From positions 6,822 to 70,821 of the forward strand of contig JAPLYO010000013.1 in assembly GCA_026395555.1 (NCBI GenBank): a DNA stretch of 64,000 nucleotides. Direction: 5' to 3'. The notes below the pieces were generated by a model. That model saw only the letters and a list, made by a program, of their open reading frames with translations, searched no databases and had not been told where the DNA came from. How positions within the stretch are numbered: position 1 is the first letter of the stretch; each line of letters opens with the position of its first letter. Made by a program: the position numbers and the translations under genes. The DNA comes from Candidatus Peregrinibacteria bacterium (GTDB lineage Bacteria; Patescibacteriota; Gracilibacteria; UBA1369; UBA12463). Shown piece by piece: positions 1 to 8,806 of this stretch.

Positions 1-291
1 CTCTCGAAGTGTGGAGACATCGACTACATGGTGCTGAGTGGTATTTTTGTGAATAAGAACTCAACCGTCGACCTTCTGATCGTTGGTAACAATATTAATA
101 GGGATAAGCTCGAGTCCACGCTCAACTCCGAGGTGGCCACCAAGCGTCCAGTTCGTTACAGTATCCTCACAAAGGATGACTTCATCTATCGCCTCGAGTG
201 CAAGGATCGCTTCTTGACTGACATCCTCAAGGATATGGAAAACATCATCGCTATCAACAAACTCACCATCCCGGCCCTTACAGAGGCCTAA
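1..291 (+). CDS. hypothetical protein, C-terminal fragment (start lies upstream of the window)
   Basis: Frame 1 is open from base 1 (LSKCGDIDY precedes the listed Met at 28) to TAA 289-291. No family recognised by eye. Confidence 0.5.
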   Translation, partial: LSKCGDIDYMVLSGIFVNKNSTVDLLIVGNNINRDKLESTLNSEVATKRPVRYSILTKDDFIYRLECKDRFLTDILKDMENIIAINKLTIPALTEA

Positions 292-350
292 GGCAGGTAA
301 GGTAAGATGATTCAAAGCTGAAATCCAGACGGGTGGCCCCTGAATTACGC

Positions 351-379
351 TTGCAATTAACGAAAAGTATCACTATAAT
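351..379 (+). promoter_or_regulatory. sigma-70-type promoter upstream of rplS
   Basis: TTGCAA 351-356, 17-nt spacer, TATAAT 374-379. Ends 35 nt before the rplS ATG at 414. Confidence 0.6.
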
Positions 380-413
380 CACGCAGCATTAATTACAATA
401 ACGAATCCACGAA

Positions 414-854
414 ATGAACGCTATAGACATCATCCACCAGGAGCTCATGACCAAGAAAGTGCCGACAATCAAGCCAGGCATGACGGTTAAGGTGTATCAG
501 CGTATCAAGGAAGGCGACAAGGAGCGAACACAGATGTTCGAGGGAATTGTATTGGCTGTCGGAAGCGGAACGGGCATTGGAAAGACATTCACCGTTCGAA
601 AGGTTGTCGACGGAGTCGGTGTTGAGAAGGTATATCCATTATACGGATCAACGATCGAGAAAATTGTTATCAAAAAAACAGCAAAGGTACGACGCGCAAA
701 GCTTTACTACCTCCGTACAGCGATCGGAAAAGCCGCTCGTCTCAAGGAGACAATGGTAAAGGAAGAAGTTGCCGCAAAACCTACGAAGGGAGCTGACAAG
801 TCCGAAGATGTAGTAGTCGAGGACAATGCAGTTGAGGAAGTTGCAGCAGAATAA
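414..854 (+). CDS. rplS: 50S ribosomal protein L19 (bL19)
   Basis: 146 aa. KPGMTVKVYQRIKEGDKERTQMFEGIVLA...FTVRKVVDGVGVEKVYPLYGSTIEKI matches the bL19 core. Has an extra acidic C-terminal tail. Confidence 0.95.
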   Translation: MNAIDIIHQELMTKKVPTIKPGMTVKVYQRIKEGDKERTQMFEGIVLAVGSGTGIGKTFTVRKVVDGVGVEKVYPLYGSTIEKIVIKKTAKVRRAKLYYLRTAIGKAARLKETMVKEEVAAKPTKGADKSEDVVVEDNAVEEVAAE

Positions 855-868
855 ATTCTTCTCAATAC

Positions 869-1978
869 ATGACGAAGCCAACGATTCTCATCTGTGGAAA
901 CTACGGAGCGGGAAATTTTGGTGATGAGCTGATACTCACAGGTATCCTGAAGGCAGCGAGAGATCTTCATCCCAAGGAGATTATTGTGACAAGTGGAATC
1001 CCTCGAGAAACAGCTTGCTCATACGGCGTTACGGCGATAAGGTTTTTTCCTAGTTCTATTCTTTCGCTCCTTAAGTCGATCGTAACATTGGGGCTTTTTC
1101 GTTCAATATATTATCTGCTCCAGTCGGACGTAGTGCTCTTTGGAGGTGGCTGCCTCTTCAATGAAAAGGAGCCCGCATCGATTCGGATCTGGTATCGTCA
1201 ATTTCAGTGGTTCCGGTTATTTGGAAAAAAAGTAATTATTATTGGTCAAAGCTTTGGGTCATTTACGAATCAGGAGTCGATACGAAAAATAAAAGAAGTG
1301 GTTAACGGGGTAGACGGAATTTTTGTTCGCGATAAGGCCTCTAGGAGGCTGCTCGCAGCGCATACAAACCAGGAAATACATGTGTGCATCGACTCGGCAC
1401 TTTGGCTGAAGAAAGAGGATTTTCAGATATCAAGTGAGCGTGATTCCGAAGAGAAAAATAAATATGTGGTATTAGTGATACGCGAATGGTTGGCGGTCGA
1501 CACCAACAATCTTCTGAATAAAATGGCGACACTAGCGAGATACCTTTTTGAAAAATATCAACTTTCACCACGAATACTTGTTCTGCAAAATGGGGGATGC
1601 GGAGATGATCAGGTATCCAAAAAATTATACGAAAAAATAGAAGCATGCTCCGATACGTTGCCTACGCAGTGGTCCACGGTAAATGACGTTGCCACTTTTT
1701 ACGAGAACGCCTCGCTCATAGTTTCCATGCGACTCCACGGGGGACTCATGGGGTTGATCATGAGGAGGCCAACGCTCTTCCTGAATTACGACGACAAGGT
1801 AGGCAACCTCTTAGACGATCTTGGTCTGGAGGAGCTTCTGGTGGACCCTAATGCTGACCAACTCATCCCCAAAGCTGAGTCGCTTCTCAGCTCAGCTTCG
1901 GTTGTTGATTTCCAGAAATTCCAATCAAAGGAAGAATTTTGGAAATACTTGACAAAAATAATAAATTCTTTAAAGTAG
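869..1978 (+). CDS. polysaccharide pyruvyl transferase family protein (CsaB-like)
   Basis: 369 aa. N-terminal ICGNYGAGNFGDELIL and C-terminal SMRLHGGLMG resemble PS_pyruv_trans/CsaB proteins. Starts 14 nt after the rplS stop. Confidence 0.75.
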   Translation: MTKPTILICGNYGAGNFGDELILTGILKAARDLHPKEIIVTSGIPRETACSYGVTAIRFFPSSILSLLKSIVTLGLFRSIYYLLQSDVVLFGGGCLFNEKEPASIRIWYRQFQWFRLFGKKVIIIGQSFGSFTNQESIRKIKEVVNGVDGIFVRDKASRRLLAAHTNQEIHVCIDSALWLKKEDFQISSERDSEEKNKYVVLVIREWLAVDTNNLLNKMATLARYLFEKYQLSPRILVLQNGGCGDDQVSKKLYEKIEACSDTLPTQWSTVNDVATFYENASLIVSMRLHGGLMGLIMRRPTLFLNYDDKVGNLLDDLGLEELLVDPNADQLIPKAESLLSSASVVDFQKFQSKEEFWKYLTKIINSLK

Positions 1979-2021
1979 AGAACCTAAAAGATTATTTTTA
2001 CTCATTTCACCACAACGATCT

Positions 2022-3476
2022 ATGAATACGCCTTCAAATGGAGCACCTGAAGTTCAGTCATCTCGTCCAGCTAGACGGGTATCACCACTTCTTACAACGG
2101 CAGCTGCAGCAATCATGACTATGACGGCGGCTTCTTCGGTACGTGCAGGAGATAACGTTATTCAGATTGGTGTTGGAAACGTAGCAAAGAAGGGCGGTGG
2201 CGGTGGTAGAGATGTACAGGCTCGAGCATCAGCAACAGCAGCAGCGGAATCAGCGAGAGATGCTCAGGCAAGATTGACAGCCGCAGAAGGCAAGCTCGCT
2301 GACGCTATCGCAAAGGCAACAGCAGCAGACAGCGCCGCAAGAGACGCTCAGGCAAGATTAACGATTGCTGAAAAAAAGTTAGCTGAACTTGAGGGTAAAT
2401 TTGCTGCCTTACCAAAGGGAGGTACGAAGACAGAAGCAGATTCAGACGATAGGGACGACAGAGATGAAAGACGAGGAGGAAAAGATGGACGGGATGGTAG
2501 AGATGGAAGAGATGCCGGAGGGGCAGACGCACAGCCAAGACTTCCAACCGCTGACGAAATTGCAAATGCAAAGGCCGTAATCGAGCAAAGAGCGCAGGTA
2601 GCACGATTAGCCGCTGATGCAGCGAGAACAGAAGCCGCAGCTAAGGCAGCAAAGGTTGCTGTCCTTCAGGCTCAGGCAGAAAAAGCACGAGCAGCTGCTG
2701 ACGCGGCCAAGGCGGAGGCACTAGCCAAGGCAGCGAAACTCGCCCAGGCACAGGCAGAGGCAGATGCAGCAGATAAGAAAGCGGTAGGATTAGCAGGCGA
2801 GGCATCGGTAACACAGGTGAACCTCGATCAGGCTAAGCGTGAATCAGACCAAGCAAACGGAAAGTTAGCAGCAGCAGATGCTGAGGCGGCAAGAGCCAAG
2901 GGTCTTCTCGATGCATATGGCGCTCCACGACAGTCATCAGTTGTAGTACGCGATGGCAGCACGCCGACATTCTTTGGTGAGGTTGGTGGAACATTCGGAA
3001 TGCTCGGAGGTCAGGAGGGAAGCGTTCATGGAGGAGCTGCACTAGGCGCATTCGCAAGAATTGGAGAGCATGTTGCACTTGGTGTGAAGAGTAATATTGA
3101 AGGAAATGCTCGTTCAGTACGCGTCTCAGATGCACAGACGGTACCAGGATCAAGTACAACAATATCAGCTCAGGGAGCCGTTCAGGTTGGAACGGTAGAG
3201 GGAAGTGGATTTAACTTCGAGGGCGCAGCCGGTATGCAGAGAGAGTCGATGAACGGTGCAGCCACGGGTGCAGACGGAACACGACTTGAGGGTGTCGCAA
3301 AGACGTATGGACGTGTTGATTTGGGAGTTAATTATTATCAGACACTATCAGATGCAGTTCGATTGAAGATTGGCGCAGCGTTATCTTTCCTTGCTGGTCG
3401 ACCTGAGCAACTCGGTTCCGATACAAAAAACACGGCCGTCGGAGGCACGTTCAATATTGGCGTATCAACAAAATAA
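2022..3476 (+). CDS. secreted Ala-rich coiled-coil protein with C-terminal beta-strand-rich (barrel-like) domain
   Basis: 484 aa. RR-containing signal-like N-terminus (ARRVSPLLTTAAAAIMTMTAASSVRA). Duplicated RDAQARLT(A/I)AE(G/K)KLA units and a DGRDGRDGRD tract. The last ~190 aa show alternating hydrophobic/polar segments. Confidence 0.7.
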   Translation: MNTPSNGAPEVQSSRPARRVSPLLTTAAAAIMTMTAASSVRAGDNVIQIGVGNVAKKGGGGGRDVQARASATAAAESARDAQARLTAAEGKLADAIAKATAADSAARDAQARLTIAEKKLAELEGKFAALPKGGTKTEADSDDRDDRDERRGGKDGRDGRDGRDAGGADAQPRLPTADEIANAKAVIEQRAQVARLAADAARTEAAAKAAKVAVLQAQAEKARAAADAAKAEALAKAAKLAQAQAEADAADKKAVGLAGEASVTQVNLDQAKRESDQANGKLAAADAEAARAKGLLDAYGAPRQSSVVVRDGSTPTFFGEVGGTFGMLGGQEGSVHGGAALGAFARIGEHVALGVKSNIEGNARSVRVSDAQTVPGSSTTISAQGAVQVGTVEGSGFNFEGAAGMQRESMNGAATGADGTRLEGVAKTYGRVDLGVNYYQTLSDAVRLKIGAALSFLAGRPEQLGSDTKNTAVGGTFNIGVSTK

Positions 3477-3528
3477 TACGACCGACAGAAATTAATTTTA
3501 TATTTACTATCTCATTCCTCAAAACACT

Positions 3529-4629
3529 ATGAATACCATTGATACAACAACAACAAGAGTAGATGCTCCGGCCAAGCGACCACTTCTCGGAAACTCGCCA
3601 CTTCTCGCTCGACTCGTAAGAGTGAGCGCTATAAGCGCACTTGCCGTTATGGCTGCTTGCAGCGATAGTGACGGAACACGAACACTCGGAAATCAGCCAA
3701 CTACCGGCATAGCAGCTGATAGTGGAGCCACAGGAGTAGACGCGACGGATACGTCCGCCGATGTCGATGCTGGCTCTACAGACAGCGCTACGGTCGACGC
3801 AGGAACGACAGTCGACACCTCAACAGCTGATGCTTCAGCTGGAACAGATGCTGAATCGACAGTGGACGCAGCGGCTGACACGCAGTCACAGGCCGATGTC
3901 GCCCCAACAGTTGATGCAAAACCATCAACTCCGGACATAAGCTCAGTACCACCAAAAGCAACGATATCTGCACCAGCAGACGAGGCTATGTCGGGATATG
4001 TCGAGGGAATGGAGTTGCCGGTTCAACAGGTTATCGTTTCAAATAAGCCATATTCAGCCGTTGAAGGTTTTGGACACAAGAGTGAGATCAAGCCTCTCGT
4101 GAACGACTTCGTAGGATCGGTAAATGGAGCTGATGTGTATACGATCAAGGCCGTAGATTTTCCTCAGGATGAGAGTGTTGCTGGAACGCAAAATTTCAGA
4201 GTAGTGACAACGAACAATCCATCAGGCGCAAAGATTGGTTCATACGTCAATACGCTTACAGGGAAGAAGGCTCAAGATGGAGTTACGCCGCTATATGATC
4301 AGGGTGCAATTCTTCCGGTCCTCTGTGATGATGGAGAATACAATCCTGAAGATGCGACACTTCTTACCAAGGCGATGACGATGACAGGAAAGATGGAGTT
4401 CAATCACAATCTCGAGGAGATGCGTGAGACATATCTCGCTAATCTTCAGGCTAACATTAACGCCGTATTCGGTGCTGCTGGAAAAGCATACGCTCCACAG
4501 TGTGAAATTCAGCTCGTAACTCCGGGAACTCCTGGAAATGTTGATGGCCAGGTCTGTCCAGTCGGATGCTTGGTTTCATACGTAACAGTCCAGCCTATCG
4601 CAAAGTGGACAGAACAGATTCAGAAATAG
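3529..4629 (+). CDS. putative lipoprotein, function unknown
   Basis: 366 aa. Signal peptide ends in a lipobox-like AVMAAC, followed by a D/T/A-rich linker and a globular C-terminal domain. No family recognised. Confidence 0.65.
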   Translation: MNTIDTTTTRVDAPAKRPLLGNSPLLARLVRVSAISALAVMAACSDSDGTRTLGNQPTTGIAADSGATGVDATDTSADVDAGSTDSATVDAGTTVDTSTADASAGTDAESTVDAAADTQSQADVAPTVDAKPSTPDISSVPPKATISAPADEAMSGYVEGMELPVQQVIVSNKPYSAVEGFGHKSEIKPLVNDFVGSVNGADVYTIKAVDFPQDESVAGTQNFRVVTTNNPSGAKIGSYVNTLTGKKAQDGVTPLYDQGAILPVLCDDGEYNPEDATLLTKAMTMTGKMEFNHNLEEMRETYLANLQANINAVFGAAGKAYAPQCEIQLVTPGTPGNVDGQVCPVGCLVSYVTVQPIAKWTEQIQK

Positions 4630-4647
4630 AGAGAGCCGATAAGAAAA

Positions 4648-5502
4648 TTATAAATGAGAGACGCCGGACTCAGGAGTGAGCGAGGCGTCTTTTTTTGTGA
4701 GCGAAGTGTGCGCGCGCGGTCTAGCAAGACTGTCCGTCTGGGGCACACTTGTAGTCGATTGGCGGGCGAGCTCGATTTTTCGAGCGAGCACGTTGGCATG
4801 ATGTAAACTTTCAAATGTTCCGGCATCGGTCCAGTCACCGCTGAGGTGCGTGGCCGTCATGGCTCTTCGTTCAATATAGGCGTTATTCACATCAGTAATT
4901 TCCAACTCCTGCCTGCCTGAAGGTTTCAGTGTTTTGATGATGGTGAATACATTACTGTCATAAAGGTAAAAACCGCTTACGGCGTAATTTGATTTTGGCA
5001 CAGATGGTTTTTCTTCGATGGAAATAACACGATCACCGTCGAGCTCAGCGACACCAAATCGATCGGCGTCAGTGACCTCCTTCAAGAAAATATGTGCACC
5101 TCTTTTTGCATCCGCCTCACTCTTTTCTCCAAATGCTCGTACGTGCTCTCCTAAATTATTTTCAAAAATATTATCTCCAAGGATAACGGCGCACGAGTCG
5201 CTGCCTACGAAATCCTCGGCCAAACTCAAAGCCTGAGCGATGCCACCAGCCTCATCCTGCACCTTGTAGGTGAATCGAGCCCCGAACTTCACGCCCGAAC
5301 CCAAGAGTCTCAAGAAGCCCTCCACATGGTCTCGTCCCGATACGATCAAGATATCTCGAATGCCGCAGTCCAGAAGAGTCTGAAGCGGAAAGAAGATCAT
5401 CGGTTTATCATACACGGCGAGCAAGTGCTTGTTGGTAACCTCGGTGAGATATCCAAGCCGTCGTCCGTTGCCTCCTGCGAGAATAATGCCTTTCATAGCC
5501 AT
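4648..5502 (-). CDS. rmlA: glucose-1-phosphate thymidylyltransferase-like sugar nucleotidyltransferase
   Basis: 284 aa. MKGIILAGGNGRRL (GxGxR loop), KPMIFFPLQTLLDCGIRDILIVSG and GGIAQAL are typical of short RmlA-type enzymes. Adjacent to rmlD. The last ~40 aa look like a non-conserved tail. Confidence 0.8.
   Translation of the reverse strand: MAMKGIILAGGNGRRLGYLTEVTNKHLLAVYDKPMIFFPLQTLLDCGIRDILIVSGRDHVEGFLRLLGSGVKFGARFTYKVQDEAGGIAQALSLAEDFVGSDSCAVILGDNIFENNLGEHVRAFGEKSEADAKRGAHIFLKEVTDADRFGVAELDGDRVISIEEKPSVPKSNYAVSGFYLYDSNVFTIIKTLKPSGRQELEITDVNNAYIERRAMTATHLSGDWTDAGTFESLHHANVLARKIELARQSTTSVPQTDSLARPRAHTSLTKKDASLTPESGVSHL
4659..4696 (+). terminator. intrinsic terminator after the 3529-4629 gene
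   Basis: Stem AGACGCC (4659-4665) / GGCGTCT (4684-4690) followed by TTTTTT 4691-4696. Lies inside the 3' tail of the convergent rmlA ORF. Confidence 0.6.
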
Positions 5503-5514
5503 AACACTGGGAGT

Positions 5515-6342
5515 TTACAGGGTGGAAATGTAATTTTGCAAGGCATCCTTGTGTGAACGGAGGAGTGGAAACTTCGCGGAGGCGAGAACAGAGTTTCTCG
5601 GTCGTCGTGCCGCTCGTCGTGCCTCCTCGCTCCCAATCGGTGCAATTTCAGCTTTGACTCCCGTCATCTCAAAGATCTCATGTGCAAAGTCATACCAGCT
5701 CACCGCGTCTTCATTGACGATGTGATAGATCCCAAACGGTCTCGACTCAATGAGTAAATTCAATACGCTCTCGGCCAAATCCATCGTCCAGGTAGGCTTG
5801 CCAACCTGATCATTCACGACACGTAACGTTTCACCCTTGCTAGCCAGCTCAAGCATGGTCGTTACAAAATTCTTTCCATACTTTCCGAATAGCCATGACG
5901 TTCGGATGAGATAATATTTCGTCGATTTTTGCTGAAGTAACTGTTCGCCGATAAACTTCGACTCGCCATAGCGATTGATCGGCGCCGGCTCATCCGCCTC
6001 TTTGTACTCGCCCTTCTTCCTCCCATCAAAAACATAATCCGTGCTGAAGTGCACAATGGTGATTCCCTTCTGTTCACACAAATCAGCGAGCGCTCCTACA
6101 GCGAGACCATTAATTTTCGTCGCCATCTCGAATCCTTCTTTTGTCTCCGCCCCATCGACATTAGTATATCCCGTAGCGTTGATAACCACCGTTGGCTCAA
6201 CTCGCTCCAGTACACTCCTTAACGCATGCTCATCAGTAATATCCACCTCGTCTTTATCGACTCCAACTGGTTCGTATTCACTAAAAACACTCATTAAGTC
6301 TGCTCCCAACATACCCTTACTTCCCAGAATCAAAACTTTCAT
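5515..6342 (-). CDS. rmlD: dTDP-4-dehydrorhamnose reductase
   Basis: MKVLILGSKGMLG Rossmann start, INATGYTNVDGAE and STDYVFDG motifs. I prefer the Met at 6342 over the listed ORF start at 6375. Confidence 0.9.
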   Translation of the reverse strand: MKVLILGSKGMLGADLMSVFSEYEPVGVDKDEVDITDEHALRSVLERVEPTVVINATGYTNVDGAETKEGFEMATKINGLAVGALADLCEQKGITIVHFSTDYVFDGRKKGEYKEADEPAPINRYGESKFIGEQLLQQKSTKYYLIRTSWLFGKYGKNFVTTMLELASKGETLRVVNDQVGKPTWTMDLAESVLNLLIESRPFGIYHIVNEDAVSWYDFAHEIFEMTGVKAEIAPIGSEEARRAARRPRNSVLASAKFPLLRSHKDALQNYISTL

Positions 6343-6387
6343 AGATTTTTTCGTAGAAAAAATTAAAAGAGACAACGGCGACAGTTT

Positions 6388-7629
6388 TTACAAATCGGCA
6401 ACCTTCTTTAAGACCTCACTGATTCCCACAATTTCCGCCTCACCACCCGAACGCAACTTCCACTCAACAGCATTTTTCTCTAATGTTCTTCCGCTCAAAA
6501 CTACTCGAACCGGAATGCCGATCAAGTCACTATCTTTGAACTTTTTGCCGGCACTCTCATCGCGATCATCAAACAAAACTTCAACTCCCGCGGCAAGCAT
6601 CTCGTTATACATTTTTTCCGCCGCAGCATTCACCGCCTCATCTTTGCCCAGCGAAATCAAGTGTACCCGGAAAGGAGCAACGGATAATGGCCAGATTATG
6701 CCATTATCATCATGACTTGCCTCGACAATAGTACCTACCATACGTGTATTCCCAATACCGTAGCATCCCATAATGACATGCTTCCGTTTTCCGTCGCTAT
6801 CGGTGAAATACAAATTACATGGCTCGCTATATTTTGTTCCAAGTTTGAAAATATTTCCCGCCTCGACCGCTTTCTCACTCACGACCGGTCCACCACATGT
6901 CGAACACTTCGAAGCATCTTTCACGATCTCCACATTTTCCGCCGTCTTGCACGAATCGCAGACCAGGATCGTATCTTCACCGGCAGGTGTGATAACAGAA
7001 AACTCATGCGTATACTGATCAGTGAAAGCGCCACCGCCAGCCTTCACGACATAGGCACGAAGTCCACATCGCTCATACACTCGCAAATATGCCGCCTTTA
7101 CCTCTTCATAATATTTGTCCAAATCTTCAACGGTCGTATGGAAAGAGTACATGTCCTTCATGCCAAACTCACGACCACGGAGCAGTCCCGACTTCGCGCG
7201 TGGCTCATCTCGGAACTTCGTCTGCAACTGATACAGCGCGAATGGCAGATCTTTATAGGATCGTACGTATTTCGCCGCAAGGGGAGTGACTACCTCTTCA
7301 TGGCTTGGACCAAAGACAAAATCGCGATCACCGGACGCCTTGGTCTTATATAAAATATCAATCATGGTTGCATCTCGTCCTGTCTGCTTCCATAACTCCA
7401 TCGGATGAAGGGCTGGCATCAGAATCTCCTGACCGCTCACCTTGTTCATTTCTTCACGAATAATGGCATTAATTTTCTGCAAAACTCGTAGCCCCAAAGG
7501 CAAATGGGTATAAATTCCCGCCGCAACTTTATCAATAAATCCACCCTGCGCGAGCATCTTCGCATTTACGGAATCGGCATCATGTGGAGCCTCAAAGCTC
7601 GTCTTTCCAAACATTCGAGAATAGCGCAT
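6388..7629 (-). CDS. proS: proline--tRNA ligase, short form without INS editing domain
   Basis: MRYSRMFGKTSFEAP...QEILMPALHPMELWKQTGR, class II motifs, C-terminal anticodon-binding region. The listed ORF starts at a TTG at 7686. The Met at 7629 gives the canonical N-terminus (413 aa). Confidence 0.9.
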   Translation of the reverse strand: MRYSRMFGKTSFEAPHDADSVNAKMLAQGGFIDKVAAGIYTHLPLGLRVLQKINAIIREEMNKVSGQEILMPALHPMELWKQTGRDATMIDILYKTKASGDRDFVFGPSHEEVVTPLAAKYVRSYKDLPFALYQLQTKFRDEPRAKSGLLRGREFGMKDMYSFHTTVEDLDKYYEEVKAAYLRVYERCGLRAYVVKAGGGAFTDQYTHEFSVITPAGEDTILVCDSCKTAENVEIVKDASKCSTCGGPVVSEKAVEAGNIFKLGTKYSEPCNLYFTDSDGKRKHVIMGCYGIGNTRMVGTIVEASHDDNGIIWPLSVAPFRVHLISLGKDEAVNAAAEKMYNEMLAAGVEVLFDDRDESAGKKFKDSDLIGIPVRVVLSGRTLEKNAVEWKLRSGGEAEIVGISEVLKKVADL

Positions 7630-7734
7630 AACAAAAAGGTTTAAGTTGCCTCGATTATGCCAGAATCGACATGCGATGTGAAGCAAGAAAATTCAAACTT
7701 TCGGGAACATTCAGGGGGCTATTGGCGCGCCCTC

Positions 7735-7775
7735 TATCCGTTTTGCTATCTTTTTGCTATACATTCGGATATAGA
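7735..7775. repeat. copy 1 of a 41-bp exact dispersed repeat (second copy 60783-60823)
   Basis: TATCCGTTTTGCTATCTTTTTGCTATACATTCGGATATAGA is identical at both sites. Contains the direct repeat TTTTGCTAT x2 flanked by the inverted TATCCG/CGGATA. Confidence 0.85.
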
Positions 7776-7850
7776 ACATAGGTTATATGCAGACGAATAG
7801 TTTTCATGAAGTCCACAGTCGTAGAATTCAAAGCCGTCAAAGCTATAAAC

Positions 7851-7878
7851 TTGACGAATACTAATTTTAGTATAAAAT
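7851..7878 (+). promoter_or_regulatory. sigma-70-type promoter for the 7902 gene
   Basis: TTGACG 7851-7856, 16-nt spacer, TAAAAT 7873-7878. ATG at 7902. Confidence 0.5.
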
Positions 7879-7901
7879 AAGCACCTCTAAGAACATATGC
7901 T

Positions 7902-8735
7902 ATGTACAGAACACCACTAACAGGAGAAACATCCCCAAAAACTGAAAACCTCGAGGCTCACGTCAGACTTGCGGATAGAGTACTGGCATACTTGCGTAAT
8001 ATTGAGGGATTCAAAGATCCCGTGGACGGTATTATGCCGGTTCCGGGATTTTCAAAAGGAGTAGAACGAGAAATAGGAAGGTACTGCATGGTCGTTGGAG
8101 TTACTCCGAAGGAGGATAAAGTAGTGATCCATGTAGGACTTACCATGTCAGGAAAAGAATCGGAGACATTCACCAATGTTAAATTTCATCCGATGAGTGG
8201 TGGATATCTCTATACGAGAAATCCTCTTGAAGTAAACATAGATGACACGATGGGAATGGGGATGGAAAGGATACTTGCCAGTCTATTTCCCGCACTGGAT
8301 GAGGGGGAGAGAATGCTGAAGAACCCACCGCCTGAATCTATCGAACGCAGCGGAGATTTTCCATTGGTCGCGGCTCAGGCATTCAAAACAAGAAATAAAA
8401 TAATGAGAGTTACCGGAACGATGGGTCAGGGCGCTCTCGCCATTACGCTGCTATTCGCAGCAGCCGGCGTAGCAATTGGTCCGGAACATCTGAACGACAT
8501 CTTGCGGCAAATTCCAGACAAGTATCTCAGCGATTGGCTTTTAGCAGCGAAAAATGGCATGTTTGATTTTGCAGAAGAAGCGAAAAATGGTGGCTTGGAT
8601 ATGATACTCTCGAGAAGATATTCAGGATTTGTTCTAGCGCTTGAGGGAATGAAAATCGGCCTTATAGCCAGTGCAATCGGCGTCGCCATTTCTGAAAAAC
8701 TTCGAAGAAAGCCGAAATACGTAGACGATCTTTAG
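7902..8735 (+). CDS. hypothetical membrane protein
   Basis: 277 aa. Hydrophobic segments GALAITLLFAAAGVAIG and IGLIASAIGVAI in the C-terminal half. No family recognised. Confidence 0.6.
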   Translation: MYRTPLTGETSPKTENLEAHVRLADRVLAYLRNIEGFKDPVDGIMPVPGFSKGVEREIGRYCMVVGVTPKEDKVVIHVGLTMSGKESETFTNVKFHPMSGGYLYTRNPLEVNIDDTMGMGMERILASLFPALDEGERMLKNPPPESIERSGDFPLVAAQAFKTRNKIMRVTGTMGQGALAITLLFAAAGVAIGPEHLNDILRQIPDKYLSDWLLAAKNGMFDFAEEAKNGGLDMILSRRYSGFVLALEGMKIGLIASAIGVAISEKLRRKPKYVDDL

Positions 8736-8806
8736 GGGAAGATCGGTTTTGATAATGAGTAATAAGTGTTTACAATACTTCCAAACACTCATTACACTTT
8801 TTAAGT

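Noticed and set aside
6041-7353. 224-aa and 213-aa plus-strand ORFs (6041-6715, 6712-7353)
   Set aside because: They are antisense shadows of rmlD and proS, S/T/L-rich low-complexity translations with no motifs. The minus-strand genes have clear family signatures.
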